63,941 nt of DNA, filler included, from Craspedostauros australis (GCA_030167865.1; 10 parts of 10 records of this genome joined end to end with filler, not necessarily neighbours in it), one strand, 5' to 3'; positions 10,620 to 22,204 are shown, numbered from the whole stretch's first letter. Translations and numbers: made by a program. Notes: generated by a model from the letters alone, not told the origin.

Positions 10620-13600
10620 CGTCGTTTTGGATCTTTCGTGTTACGTAGAATTTGCTGTAGATTTCGTACTTGATTTTGTTGATGTGTGTCGTTTTTTGCT
10701 TTTACTAGTGTTATCGTTGTTTTTGTTTTTTCGGGTTCTGGTATTATAGCATCCATGAAGTAGTCGGCGACCAGCTGCTCCTTCTTCATGCGCAAGAATG
10801 CTTCGCCGGCCAGTTCCGAGGCGAGGGCCGCGTCATGAACGAAACCGTTCTTTCTGGCGACGAGAATCGCCGAGTCGTACGCCTGCTTCACCTTGTTGTG
10901 ATGATGGCTGTGGATGGCCCGCAGCTCGGCCTTCACCAGTAGGCGCCGGTGCAGGCAATTCGTGGCGCCGAAGCGCACCATCTTGCCCAACGACTTGTCG
11001 GCAGTTTTCAGCTTCTGCAGGTGCTTGCGCTGCTTCGTCTCGCGGTAGCAACCTGCCGCAGCCAACCCGCTGAACATCGTGCGCGATGCGACCTGGCCGT
11101 ACGATGGGTCGCCCATCGTCACGAGTGCGAACCGATCCGCCATCTCGTCCGCCTTCTTGTATTCGAAGAAGTACACCAGCACCTGCAGGCGCACCCAGTA
11201 TCCCGTGATCAGCTCGAGGACGCTATCTTTCTGCTGCTTCCCATCCCTCTGCACACCAAAGTGCCGGACCTCATCCCAATCGATGGGGAACTCTCCCATG
11301 AGGGACTTCATCACCTTGAAGTGGTTCTTCGCGGCAGATGTGCCCTGCGAGAACTGGTACTGAATGGCCTGGCGCGTCATCGCGTTGGCGGCCTGCACGA
11401 TGCTGCGCAGGTTCTGCCCGGCGACGTAGCCATGCATGATCTGCGTGTGCCAGTTGATAAAGGCGCTATCCATGTCACCGCGTTGCATCGAGGACTTGTA
11501 GGCGGCCTCGAAGAGGTTGAACTGCTCCTGGTACGGTTTGTCCCACCCGCAAATGAAGGCGCTATCGACGAAGTTCACCCAGGCCAGCACGTGTTTTGCG
11601 TTGGTGATCTCGACGATCCGCTTGGCCAGGTATGCGCCACGCGTGGCGGTTTCGTGGTCGTTCTTCATGCGGCCTTGCATGGCATACGACAGCAGGACGT
11701 GCGGTGAGGACCGGCACAGTCCGTGCTTCTTGATGAGCTTCACCTGCTCACAGTACGTCACGAACCAGAGCAGCGTGCTCTGCGTGGCGAAGGCGTGCTT
11801 GGACAGATTGTTGAGCAGCTCCATCGCGGTCTCCACCACGGGATCCGTCGTGATCGGGAGGCTCAGGATCTCCTCGTCCGAGTAGTTCTTGAAGAAGTTG
11901 TACGCGCCGCGTCCGCCCTTCGCGGCATGCAGGGCGAACCACCGCTTTGGGAAGACCTGGAGCTCTTGCGCCACGCCCAGCAGCACCTTCAGTGCGGCCA
12001 CATGCTGACCTTGTTGAGCAAGTGCCTTGGACATCGCGACGTACGTCGTGAGCTTCTCCTCCAGAGTGTTGGCTCTGCCGAGGACGCTTTCGAAGAGCTT
12101 CGTGGCGACTTGGTAGTTACCAAGCGCCGCCTCCGTGATGCCGCGGATCTGATGGAGGTGGATGAAGAGGTCGTAATGCTTCTCGCTCTCGCGGCCGTGA
12201 ACCTTTTGAAAGCTGGCATGTGCCTTCTCCATGTACTTCGACGCCGTCGTGAGCGCGCCCTTGGAGAGAGACTTGTCACCGACCTCTAAATTCAGCTTGG
12301 TGAGGAACAGCTTGTCCTTGTTGGGGGCACTGTTCAGATGATCTGCCGCTATGAAGAGCAGGCCATCGTCACCGTCCTGACTGGAGTTGGCGTTGTCTGC
12401 CGTTCCGGCGTTGGGCCGTGAACCGTTGAAGATGTCCAGGATGCTGCGTCCGATACTCACGCGTAGCTTGTCGCGATACTCGCCTGGAGGGATGGTGTTG
12501 TAGGCCGCTTGCTGGATACGGTCATGGGCGAATCGGTAGCTCGAGGCACCGATCGTGTTGTGCAGCAATCCTTCCAGCACCGCCGTCTCGAGGAACAGCT
12601 GAATGTCAATGCCCGATCCAGGTGGCACCACATCGCTCTCATCCTTGCCCCAGCACGCGAGGTCTTTGTCATAAGAATCAACGAGATTTTCGATGTCATC
12701 CCACACGGCCTGCAACGTCTTCACTTCGAAGTGACACTGGATGTACGAGGCCACCGTGACGAGCTGCTGCAGCGTCTTGGGCAGCCGCCTCATCTTGGCC
12801 GTGACGAGATCTTCGATGTTGTTGCTGATGGACAGGGAATGCAACGAGTGGAGATCGTTGTCGCAGCTGCCATCGCAATCAGGATTGGACGCCCATTTCC
12901 ATGTGAAGAGAATCTCGTCAAAGACGATGTGCCGCTCTCGCTGCAGCTCCTGCAAGGCCTGGGACGTGTAGAATGGATTTCCAAGCGTCTTGCCATGCAG
13001 CTTGGCCGAGAGTGATTCGAGCGTCTTGGTCGGCGCATCCAGCATCGATGAAAGCCATTCCTTGACTTCGTCGACGCTCATGTTCTGCAGCCTGACCTGC
13101 GACATGGTGGGGTCGTATCCCGGCAGTTGGTGAAGCGTGTTCATCATGTCCACCATCGGATTGTCGCTGGGAAGATTGAGTGCGAAGGGGTTCGTCTCGG
13201 TTTTCGAGTCCGCGTCCAAGTCCGTTTCCGGTTCCGTCTCGTCCTGCTTGTGCTCGTCCTCCCGAATGGTTCCAAACAGCATGAAGTTATCTATGGTTGG
13301 ATCGAGGAGGATACGGTTGAGCAGCGTGAGGGTGGATGACGAAGCCCATTGCAGATCATCGAGGGAGAGGACGATCAGCGGGGACTGCGACTGAGATCGC
13401 GACTCGTGCTTGCTGGAGCTACTGATAGACTCATCCGAAGCTTCCATGAGCGGCGATGAGATGATCTTGATGAGCCTCACGAAGAGGAATTGCACCCGCT
13501 TCCAGGTATCGCTGGCATTGACCATCAACCCCCTGTGGGCGGTGCTCATGGAGGCGCCTCTCGATCGCACGGACGCATCCAACGTGCCCTCCGTCGATTG

Positions 13601-14407
13601 CGCCTGGTCGGGTGCCATTTGCGATGGCAACAGGGCGATCAGCGACGGCACGATCTGGATCAGCAGCTCGATGTCATCGGTTGACAATCCTGCCTCGAGC
13701 TTGTCTTGATAATATTTCATTGCTTCCTTCGGTTCCTGCTCGAGCTGTCGCACAAAGCCAGCGACGGCCTGCGACAGAGCGATGTACGGATCGTTCATTC
13801 CGTTGTACTCATCGAGCTTGCCACGGAGGATATAGATGTTCTTCCTGTGCATGTTGTCATCGTCGTTTTCCTGCTGGCTGTCCAGCCGGTCCTCGAGGTT
13901 GGCGAAGAACTCTTCCATGAGCTTTGATTTTCCAGTTCCGCTGACACCTGACACGAACAATGCTGGAATGAGATGCTGATCCAAACCAACCGTCTCGTCC
14001 TTCATGCTGCGCGCTGCAGTGCCTTTCTTCGCATCGTTGTTGCTGTTATTTCCGTTGTTGTTATTATTTTCGGTCGTGGAGCCCGATGGCTCCGTATCTG
14101 TTTCGAGCTCCTCTTCCGAGGTGGATTCAAGGACAGGTTCCAACGCATCGCCGCTGACGGTCTTGGTCCTCTGCGCTCTGAATTGCTCCTGCTTCGACAG
14201 CACTCGCCCATGCTTCGATCGCCGTTGCTCGATGATCCTTTCATAAGCATCGAAGAACTGCTTCATCTTGTCCATCCGACCGAACATGGTGTCGGGGAGA
14301 GTGCTGGGTGCATGATCGTAGGCCGCGGTGATGCCGATCGTCTGTATTGGGATTTTGCACTTGACAGGGCTGCTGTCCGTGGCGTGGGTCGTCATCATTG
14401 CGGCCAT
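10616..14407 (-). CDS. STAND-class NTPase (AAA_16-like) with C-terminal TPR-like helical repeats; last ~43 codons derive from the LINE 5' UTR
   Basis: Walker A VSGVSGTGKS, Walker B LSLDDLQWA, KTLGNPFY, YRFAHDRIQQAAY and C-terminal YDSAI..A...GFVHDAALASELAG, typical of the AAA-TPR module of bacterial HstK-like proteins and their diatom homologues. Intron-free 1263-aa ORF with coding-like GC3 up to about 10750. Confidence 0.85.
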   Translation of the reverse strand: MAAMMTTHATDSSPVKCKIPIQTIGITAAYDHAPSTLPDTMFGRMDKMKQFFDAYERIIEQRRSKHGRVLSKQEQFRAQRTKTVSGDALEPVLESTSEEELETDTEPSGSTTENNNNNGNNSNNDAKKGTAARSMKDETVGLDQHLIPALFVSGVSGTGKSKLMEEFFANLEDRLDSQQENDDDNMHRKNIYILRGKLDEYNGMNDPYIALSQAVAGFVRQLEQEPKEAMKYYQDKLEAGLSTDDIELLIQIVPSLIALLPSQMAPDQAQSTEGTLDASVRSRGASMSTAHRGLMVNASDTWKRVQFLFVRLIKIISSPLMEASDESISSSSKHESRSQSQSPLIVLSLDDLQWASSSTLTLLNRILLDPTIDNFMLFGTIREDEHKQDETEPETDLDADSKTETNPFALNLPSDNPMVDMMNTLHQLPGYDPTMSQVRLQNMSVDEVKEWLSSMLDAPTKTLESLSAKLHGKTLGNPFYTSQALQELQRERHIVFDEILFTWKWASNPDCDGSCDNDLHSLHSLSISNNIEDLVTAKMRRLPKTLQQLVTVASYIQCHFEVKTLQAVWDDIENLVDSYDKDLACWGKDESDVVPPGSGIDIQLFLETAVLEGLLHNTIGASSYRFAHDRIQQAAYNTIPPGEYRDKLRVSIGRSILDIFNGSRPNAGTADNANSSQDGDDGLLFIAADHLNSAPNKDKLFLTKLNLEVGDKSLSKGALTTASKYMEKAHASFQKVHGRESEKHYDLFIHLHQIRGITEAALGNYQVATKLFESVLGRANTLEEKLTTYVAMSKALAQQGQHVAALKVLLGVAQELQVFPKRWFALHAAKGGRGAYNFFKNYSDEEILSLPITTDPVVETAMELLNNLSKHAFATQSTLLWFVTYCEQVKLIKKHGLCRSSPHVLLSYAMQGRMKNDHETATRGAYLAKRIVEITNAKHVLAWVNFVDSAFICGWDKPYQEQFNLFEAAYKSSMQRGDMDSAFINWHTQIMHGYVAGQNLRSIVQAANAMTRQAIQYQFSQGTSAAKNHFKVMKSLMGEFPIDWDEVRHFGVQRDGKQQKDSVLELITGYWVRLQVLVYFFEYKKADEMADRFALVTMGDPSYGQVASRTMFSGLAAAGCYRETKQRKHLQKLKTADKSLGKMVRFGATNCLHRRLLVKAELRAIHSHHHNKVKQAYDSAILVARKNGFVHDAALASELAGEAFLRMKKEQLVADYFMDAIIPEPEKTKTTITLVKAKNDTHQQNQVRNLQQILRNTKDPKRR

Positions 14408-16074
14408 GTTGCTGTTGTTGTTGTTGTTGGTGGTGGTGGTCTACCTATAGCTGCGTTGCGTTTCGTTGCGTGTGTTGAGCTTGCTGCGTTGCCTTTCTCC
14501 TTGTTTGCGATGCGGGAAACCTAATTCGTGGGTGTGCTCTGTCCACATGCTTCCAATGGCGACGCGTTGTTGGATACGACGGAGAGCGCAGAACCGCTCG
14601 CACACAACGAGACATGTTCCCCTGTCGAACGTGGTGCACCGTTCTCTGAGTGTTCCTGTTGTCAGGTCCAGAGCGAGAGCCCTGCACACACGCTGGATCG
14701 ATGTTGTGTGCGAACGTAACCGCGTCACTCATCTCGGCACAGTTCGCGATCGAACATGGCTGAAAATGCCAACCAATGTTATCGTGAAGTTGAGGTGGAC
14801 ATGTAAGGCACCCCTGCATAGTACTCAAAGGGAAGTGGAGAGCAGCGCGCATGGCAGGATCTCCGCTTTCTATGGTGTCTTTCGGCCCTCTCAGACCAGA
14901 GAGGCGATAATGTGGCGGAGCCTTTGTGTCCTGTCTCGGAACTGCCGAATGCACGAACAGATGAGAGCCGGTTGCAAGGGAGGCAGCGGCGATGAGCCTG
15001 CCTCTCATGGCGGTGGCGCCATGCAAGAGCATGTGGCGCAGCTTCCCCGCTTGTGAAAAGGCGCGGCATCGGAATCGAAGGGCATCTTGTCTGGGTTGTG
15101 TTCCACACTTGCGGAGGCGCGATGCTCCATTGTGAGCGGAACAAAGCTTCTTCGTGTTCGCGTTGGCACAAAATGTGAGCGTGTTGTTGCCTCCGCCCAT
15201 CTGTTGTTCTTGATCGTGTTTCGTGGTGCCATGGTTCGCACAGCGCACCATTGGTGTACGGCACGAGCAAGATCCTTGTGGCTCCGTCGAAGTTGTGTTG
15301 TGAGCAGAGGCCGAGACTGGTCTCATGCAAGCTGCCGTACGAGCATGTGTGACAGAGACAGAATTTGGCTATTGAGGAGAATAGAGAGTGCGACACTCAT
15401 GTTGTCTCATGACTTGCGTGATGCTTGGATGGCAACCACAGCACGTATAATGCCACATAAATGCGTCATAATGAGCGGTTGCATGTGGATGGTTGAAGGT
15501 TGGAGTCGATGAGTTGAATCGCGATGCCTTCAAGTCGCGTGAAAGGGGGCCTTGGGGAGTCCGTTCTGGGCGTGGTGGCGCCGCCGTTTGGGAGGTGCAT
15601 GACGTATGCTGGAGTTGACTTTGGATTGGGCAGTAATCGGATGTGGTGACATGCAGAGACGTGCCAAGTGGATGGTGTCTATGATATGTCTGTATCCAAA
15701 GCTCCCCTTGAAGCAGAACCCGATGATCTGATGGTTCGATGTCGTGTCACTGACCATAGTGGCAATACACTACGATCTATACAACAGCGTACTCGAAGAT
15801 GGTCTGGAAGGCATGCCATGCGGTGCAGACCTCCATGCTCTCTCACTTTGCCGTGGGACCGCCCGTTGGATCACCCAAGAGGGTCAAAAGGTGCCTGAGA
15901 CACAGCTCGCAGCGATCGCATTCGATACTTGACGCTGTCCCTCCAATGCACTCATTTGTGATCTGCGGTGGTAGTTCTCTGGCTCTCATGGTACTTGGTG
16001 GAGTGCATTTGTCGCACTGCAAGGTACTCTATGATATAGAATACTCTATAATATAATAGTCGTAGAGTATTCGC

Positions 16075-16731
16075 TCATTTGGCTGTGTCCATGGTGGTTG
16101 TTGAGGCGATCTTGATCTTCTTCTGCTTCGGCTCCGCTTCCCCACTCTCGCCATCCTTCGCCACGCTGGCCAGCTCCGCTTCTTCGAGCTCTTCCTCCTT
16201 GATTGTCTTGCGCAGATCCATCATGTACTGCATCAGGAGCTGGAATTGCTTCTCGCGCTTTTGCAGCACGCGATCTATCTTCTTCGCCTCCGCCTGCTTG
16301 TCCTCAAGCTCCTTCTCCAACGCCTCGACCTCCTTCTCCAGCTTGGATCGATTGGGATTGCGATCCAACGCCAGCTTGGCCAAGGCATCGTACTCCGTGC
16401 AACACTGCTGCTGCTGCCTCGCGCGCTGCGCCTGATCCTTGATTTCCTGCGTCTCATCCTGCATCGCGCGCACGGCCTCCGCGTTATCATGCTGATCCAG
16501 CGTCCGGTACTTCAGGAACTGCTTGGCCGCGTCGAGCTGGTACAGCTTGAGCTCGTGCACCAGCGACTGCTTGTCCGCATCGGCGTCCGTCCGCAGCAAC
16601 GTGCCGAAGCGCTGCGCGCATTTCGTCAACGAACCCTTCTGGCCGCCGGTCTTGCCGATGTTGCCCGTGATGAGGCGGTACTGCAGCACGGATGGCGTCG
16701 GCGCGGCGGCGTGGGATGCGGGGATAGTCAT
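16075..16731 (-). CDS. THOC7: THO complex subunit 7 (Mft1/THOC7 family)
   Basis: 218 aa; N-terminal LQYRL, EYDALAK...NPNRSKLEKEVEALEKEL coiled coil and KREKQFQLLM match the THOC7 pattern. Confidence 0.75.
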   Translation of the reverse strand: MTIPASHAAAPTPSVLQYRLITGNIGKTGGQKGSLTKCAQRFGTLLRTDADADKQSLVHELKLYQLDAAKQFLKYRTLDQHDNAEAVRAMQDETQEIKDQAQRARQQQQCCTEYDALAKLALDRNPNRSKLEKEVEALEKELEDKQAEAKKIDRVLQKREKQFQLLMQYMMDLRKTIKEEELEEAELASVAKDGESGEAEPKQKKIKIASTTTMDTAK

Positions 16732-18200
16732 TGTTGTTGGATGGAGAGAGAGTGTGGTACGGTGCTATCGTGTATGTGTCGGTAGTTGCAATGATTGTGG
16801 ACGGCGTGGAAGGAGATCCGTCATGGTGGTCGCCATGTTTGTCGCAAAACGGATCGCCATCATGGTGTTGGTGTTTTGTGTGTTTGGTCCAACTAGTCGA
16901 TCGTTTGTCTGTCTCTATCCTGGTCAGTCTACCACACTCAACTGTACCAACTACCAACGACAGTGGCAGAGAGGAGAACTCTCCGAATTCCTCCTCTATT
17001 CTTTGGATGGAGGTGGTTGGTGGGTCTGGAATAGTTAGGACTGGCGAATGCATCGGAGTATAGCAAGGTGGAACAGCATGGTGCTCCCTTGCTCCTCATA
17101 TTCTATAATAGTATTTGTTTGTCCATAGCACATTGGTTACCATCCATGATGAATGAATGTAGCGGGAATACTTTTCGGCATCAGCTCTCTGTCAATCTCT
17201 CCATGGCAGAGAGAGAGAGCGAGAGACGGCAAGCAGGTGCGCACAGCATCGAGTATTGTACCTTTTCATATTCATCCAATCTTCGACGATGTTGGAGAGT
17301 TGAGGACGGGATGGTCGGTCCGGAACAATTGGCCATGGTGTGAGTCAGCTCTTGGCTTGTCTGTTTCAAATGAAGCATGCCCCTCTTTCTTTCCATTACT
17401 ATAATATTGCATATATTAAAACTATGGAACCTGATGTTTGGCATGAGTTACATAGAGTAGACTATTCTCCATTTTTGGGTGGTGCATCTGTGATGGTGGG
17501 AATGCTGTTGGCATCTGTTTGGCTGAGGTGATTGCTGTTTCGGATGAAGTCGAAATCACCGACGGACATGATGTGCCGAACTATTGGCCGAGGTGGCATT
17601 TCACACCGCCTGCGGTGACGGGGAGCTATTGACTTTGATACCCACACGTGAGAATACTCAGTCACAAACCGCATCAATGCAACGCGCGAAGAACAAAAGT
17701 CACCATGAGAAATCCATTTGGTGTTGCGACTTTCGACAAGAAACCTATTCCGCGTCGTCACAGATCTTCGCGGGTAAACTCCTTCGGTCTTCTTGATGTT
17801 TGTGCTCGAAGTGACGGGCTGTAAGCGTGCCTTTCCTCGCAAGAGGGTTCAGAAAGGTGTCATCTTCGTATGATATGATATTACACTTTCTGCATCTAAC
17901 ACCTATTCCTACCATCCTCATACCATACGTACCTACTCCACAAGTACGAGCTATGTGTCGAAGAATCAGTGAAGCAGAAAGGAGAAAACAAGCCATCGGT
18001 GTGAGGCTTTGGAATCCAGGATTGATGCCATGTTATGCCATGGCTCGTGCTCGTGCCATTGGTCGTGAAGAACTGGCACTCACTCCTGCTGCTGTCAGCT
18101 AGAGTACGACATGCTGCATCAACAACAGATGGGTGTGAGGATGGAAGATCCCAGAGAGTTGCTCACAATTCTTCTCAATCCACAAGTGTCGCACACTCAC

Positions 18201-18261
18201 AATAGCACTCGCAATAGCACCCACACTAGCACTCGCAATAGCACCCACACTAGCACTCGCA
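18201..18261 (+). repeat. 24-bp minisatellite, about 2.5 units (ACTCGCAATAGCACCCACACTAGC)
   Basis: Direct tandem repeat read from the sequence. Confidence 0.8.
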
Positions 18262-18448
18262 CCAAAGGCAACTATCTCCATCCACCTATTAGTGTCATCC
18301 AACCAACCAACCAACCATCTATCCATCCAGTAACATATACTGCAGGTAGAGTGCCATACGAAATCCGCATACCGCAAGGAACCAAAGCCATCCGAAGAAC
18401 TCTCCAACTCTCTATACCCCTACCATACAACAGCAGATCTCAAACGCC

Positions 18449-19279
18449 ATGACGACCATGACGATGACAGTGCAGATGGCACCCCCTTCCTCCATGAAGT
18501 CATCATCGCATCACCAGCATCAGCACCAGTATGATCACCACCAGCAGACCGAGGCACTCGAAAGTAAGCCCCGCCGCCGACCTCAACGACGACCATCCCT
18601 GCGACCACAGCAAAGCCAACCGCAGCTAAACCAACCACAGCAAGAGCACCACGATGAAAGTGACAAAATGTATGCCAAACCGGAATCGCACTCTTCCCGT
18701 GAGAGTCACCAGCCGGAAGAGGAGAAGGAGAGCGATCCCTACCTCAATGCCCAGCATCAATACTATCAAGACCAGAACCAGCTACAGCACCAAAAGCAGG
18801 AGAAGTACCGCCCCAAACGCAATCGCCGACAACGACCACGCCGTCGCATCGATTTTGAAGAATTCGATGAGGTCTTCGAGATCCCCCACATCTGCGACAT
18901 GTCGCAAAGCGAGATCAATTCGGTCTGGACGGGCCGCAACGGCCTGCGCAACATCCGCAACAAGTGCATCGACATCATCGATCGCATCCAAGGCGGCGAG
19001 CGCGGACTCTGCGTGCGCGGGTTGGAACATTACTTCGATCCTGAATCGCAGAGCTCGAAGGAGGTCAAGCGGATGCGCGGCGAGCTGCTGGCCTACGTGC
19101 AGCAGGTGGAAGATCTGAAGGGCGTCGCGATGCCGGACATGTTTGCCTCGCTGTATGCCAAGATGTCCCAGGAATCGCGGGACAGGGCGTACGTGCGGGG
19201 TCTGGAGGATGAACGCATCTGCAAGGCCGCCAGCGGCCGGCGCAAGAAGTCAAAGCCCAAGACCAGTCGTGCGGCGTGA
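18449..19279 (+). CDS. Diatom-type hypothetical protein of the CxRGLE family, with an RVxF-like motif
   Basis: Q/H-rich N-terminus, then RRIDFEEFDEVFEIPH...SVW...LCVRGLEH...LYAKMSQESRDRAYVRGLEDE; strong GC3 bias. Confidence 0.75.
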   Translation: MTTMTMTVQMAPPSSMKSSSHHQHQHQYDHHQQTEALESKPRRRPQRRPSLRPQQSQPQLNQPQQEHHDESDKMYAKPESHSSRESHQPEEEKESDPYLNAQHQYYQDQNQLQHQKQEKYRPKRNRRQRPRRRIDFEEFDEVFEIPHICDMSQSEINSVWTGRNGLRNIRNKCIDIIDRIQGGERGLCVRGLEHYFDPESQSSKEVKRMRGELLAYVQQVEDLKGVAMPDMFASLYAKMSQESRDRAYVRGLEDERICKAASGRRKKSKPKTSRAA

Positions 19280-19727
19280 ACGGCATGAGCAGGTGGGTTC
19301 CACGATCGCTTCGAACCGGTGCCGATAACCGGGGTGAGAAGATATTTTGGGTGACAGATCGATCAGCGACGATGGTCACGCCGCCGACTGGAGCATGGGT
19401 CATTGAAACCTTTTCGGCCGCATGAAGTGATGCGGCATTATTCAACCATTGCACCATGCAGAGTAGCGCAGTGCAATGAAATGCAAATTTGGAATACGGG
19501 CAAAGACATGGATAAGATAAGCAATAAGATTACCTTACTCGTATTCCCACACCAAGCCTGGGTACCGGAATGATCATGAATCTGGCGTGGCCGCGTTTTA
19601 GTACAGTGGATGAGAGTATTTCCATTCCCTTGCTGCTTACCTGCATTGGCTCATCCATCTCGGCGTGCTTCGCACCCCGCCTGCTTGGCACCACAGCGTA
19701 CAAGTACTGCCAATCCAACACCAACGT

Positions 19728-21284
19728 TCAGTTCCGCACCTTGCTGAGTTCGCCAACTCCCTGCAGCAAGTGCCTGGCCTTTTCGATCCCAACATCATCA
19801 ACGAAATCCTGCAGCCAATCGGACGTCAAGAGCGGATCGTGAATGCTATTATCCGTGTGCTGGTTGAGAGTATCGGCGTAATGCTTGTATTGCTGCCACG
19901 TCCGCGTTCCGACACTGGTCTTGTCCGCAGCAGAATCCATGCCGATCTTGCCCGTCTCCTTGATGACCTTGCGCGGATCGTTGCGGAAGGACCATTGGTC
20001 GTACGTGCCGATGTAATGATGAATGACGAAGGGCGATGCCTTGTTGGGCGTCCAGACGTCCTGCGCCGCGCAGAGATTGTAGATGGGGCGGTGCGGATTC
20101 ATCTGATCCATCGTGAGGTGCTGGTCGACGTTGATTCTGGAGACATCGACGAATCCCTTGCCGGGGCCATTGTAGGTGGCGGCATTGCGGTCGCCGGAAT
20201 GGGTGTACGACAGCGTGAGGAATTGCGAATGGTTAAATTGCCATGTGGTAGTTGCGGCGGATAATGTCGATTGTTGGGTGGCGATTTGAGAGCGCTTGGG
20301 ACTGATCAGCAACCGCGGCAAGATGATGCAAGGCTGTTTGAATTTGGGAAGGTAGGCGGACGCTCGCTCGAAAAGACTGTGGATGGTGGCTCGATGATTC
20401 GATGCTTCAGTACGCAGCACGCTGCTCGCATTCCAACCAAACCAGCGGAATGGATTCCATGACGAGAGCTGCGCGAAGGAATTGACGGTGATGAACTCAT
20501 CCGTATCGAGGATCGCGGTCCATGTGTAACCTTCATGATGCAGCATCTTCATGCAATGCGACATGAACTTGCGCTGTCGGTACCGGTGAATTTTGAGCCG
20601 CATGTGATCCATGCCTTCGGTGGGCTCTTCCGCAAGCAAACGACGGTGCGACTGTTGCGTTTGCGAGGCATCTGGCTTGGTGGGTGCAGCATCGACACGA
20701 TGGTTCTGGTTGGCCTGCCCCTTTGCAACATTGCCCGACGGAACTCGTATCTTTCGCCGCCTGGGGTTTGGCACCGCTTGCGCCACGATACCATAGACCG
20801 AGGTGGTGGTAGCATTTGCAGATCCTTTCATTCCACTCGCATTGTCGCTTGGATACAGGAAATGCGCATCATTCCACAGCGTGATGTTGATGAGACCGTC
20901 CCATCGTTCGAGGATCTGCCTCGGCGATGTGGCGGACTTGGAGTCCACGGCCACGATGAGTCTGCGCAGCGGAAGCACGTGCCAATGGTAGGCCAGCCAT
21001 TCCGGGAGGAAGTGGTTGTCGTCCATGACGAGCAGGCAGGCGCTGCAGCAGTTTTGCTGTGCATCATGATGATGAGCATAAACTTTATTATGATAAGCAT
21101 GATGATCGCTTTTGATGGTGAAGGCGACGTACAAATTGCAGGAGACAATGAGGAAGATGGAGATCGCGGTGACGCTGATGATGGCCACCGTGGACAGCTT
21201 CATTCGGAATCCACGATGCGTGGCTGCCTGCGTTCTTCGATTGCGAGAATTCACATGGTCATGTTGGACTCGTAATTGTGCCAT
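19728..21284 (-). CDS. Type II membrane glycosyltransferase-like protein (GT92/GT2-like)
   Basis: N-terminal TM helix (VAIISVTAISIFLIVSCNLYVAF), SACLLVMDDNHFLPEWLAYH, DxD motif WTAILDTDEF, IHHYIGT...RNDPR. Confidence 0.75.
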   Translation of the reverse strand: MAQLRVQHDHVNSRNRRTQAATHRGFRMKLSTVAIISVTAISIFLIVSCNLYVAFTIKSDHHAYHNKVYAHHHDAQQNCCSACLLVMDDNHFLPEWLAYHWHVLPLRRLIVAVDSKSATSPRQILERWDGLINITLWNDAHFLYPSDNASGMKGSANATTTSVYGIVAQAVPNPRRRKIRVPSGNVAKGQANQNHRVDAAPTKPDASQTQQSHRRLLAEEPTEGMDHMRLKIHRYRQRKFMSHCMKMLHHEGYTWTAILDTDEFITVNSFAQLSSWNPFRWFGWNASSVLRTEASNHRATIHSLFERASAYLPKFKQPCIILPRLLISPKRSQIATQQSTLSAATTTWQFNHSQFLTLSYTHSGDRNAATYNGPGKGFVDVSRINVDQHLTMDQMNPHRPIYNLCAAQDVWTPNKASPFVIHHYIGTYDQWSFRNDPRKVIKETGKIGMDSAADKTSVGTRTWQQYKHYADTLNQHTDNSIHDPLLTSDWLQDFVDDVGIEKARHLLQGVGELSKVRN

Positions 21285-22204
21285 TGATGCAAGGAGTGCT
21301 CATGCGCTCTGTGATCCTCTATTGTTTGTGTGGATGAACAACTGTATGCATGCAATGATTGAGTGGAGCATAATTTAATATTGTAACATAATAGAATAGT
21401 AGGACAGGCTTGTCCCAGCACGGTCGGTGTCACATGTTGCCTGCCATGGTGGTGGGAAGTGCGGCATTCCGTGTTTGTGTTTCGTTTTGGCGCCATGCGG
21501 AGATCCCTCTTCGCCTTTTCTGATGTTTTCGGTCTTTGGTCGAATCAGTCGATCAGATGTCTCGCCTGAGCTACATCTCTCGTAAATAGACACAAAAAAA
21601 GCAGGCAAACAATTTAACGGCTGATTGATGGACAACACCCCACTATTCATGTTTTTTAGGTAACAAATTGAAATGGGCGATTTAGACAAGAGCTTTAATA
21701 TGAATCTGATGTCTCCGCAGAAAACAACAACACAGGACACAAACCCGCGACAAGGCGCCGAAACCCGTTGCAAAACAACACGAGTAGTCGTACGACTGGG
21801 GAAAACGAAGCATCGTTTCGTGGATTGATGCCATCGGGCTTCGAACACTTGCATCATTCTGGGCTGGAGAAGGGCACTTGCATCGAATTGCAACGCATAC
21901 TCTCGATCCTTACTTGCAAGAGCAACAGAGAGAGAGAGAGAGAGCGACCTCCTTCGCAGGGAAGAGAGAGGTTGTCGAAGGAAGGAACGAAGCAAGAGCG
22001 AGGGAAGAAGAAGACGAACAGGGTCATTCTCGCGATTGGCGGATCCAACTGCTCCACCGATACTCAGGAACAATCAGCGACCGAATCTTCCATCGGCTGA
22101 CTGCTCTGTACCGACTACTCTACAATTGCATTATTGCATTATTGTATTATATGATACACAACAACGATAACGACAACGACAACGATAGCAACATCATCAT
22201 CATC

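Larger units (their letters stand above)
6646..10747 (-). mobile_element. Non-LTR retrotransposon (LINE, Ambal-like), 5' part: 5' UTR, ORF1 and APE domain of ORF2
   Basis: Long ORF1 followed by an ORF2 with APE motifs. 5' end inferred from the abrupt compositional break in the upstream host gene near 10745-10750. Confidence 0.85.

Noticed and set aside
14445..15512. Overlapping 140-290-aa ORFs upstream of the STAND gene
   Set aside because: No motifs or codon bias; treated as intergenic or promoter DNA.
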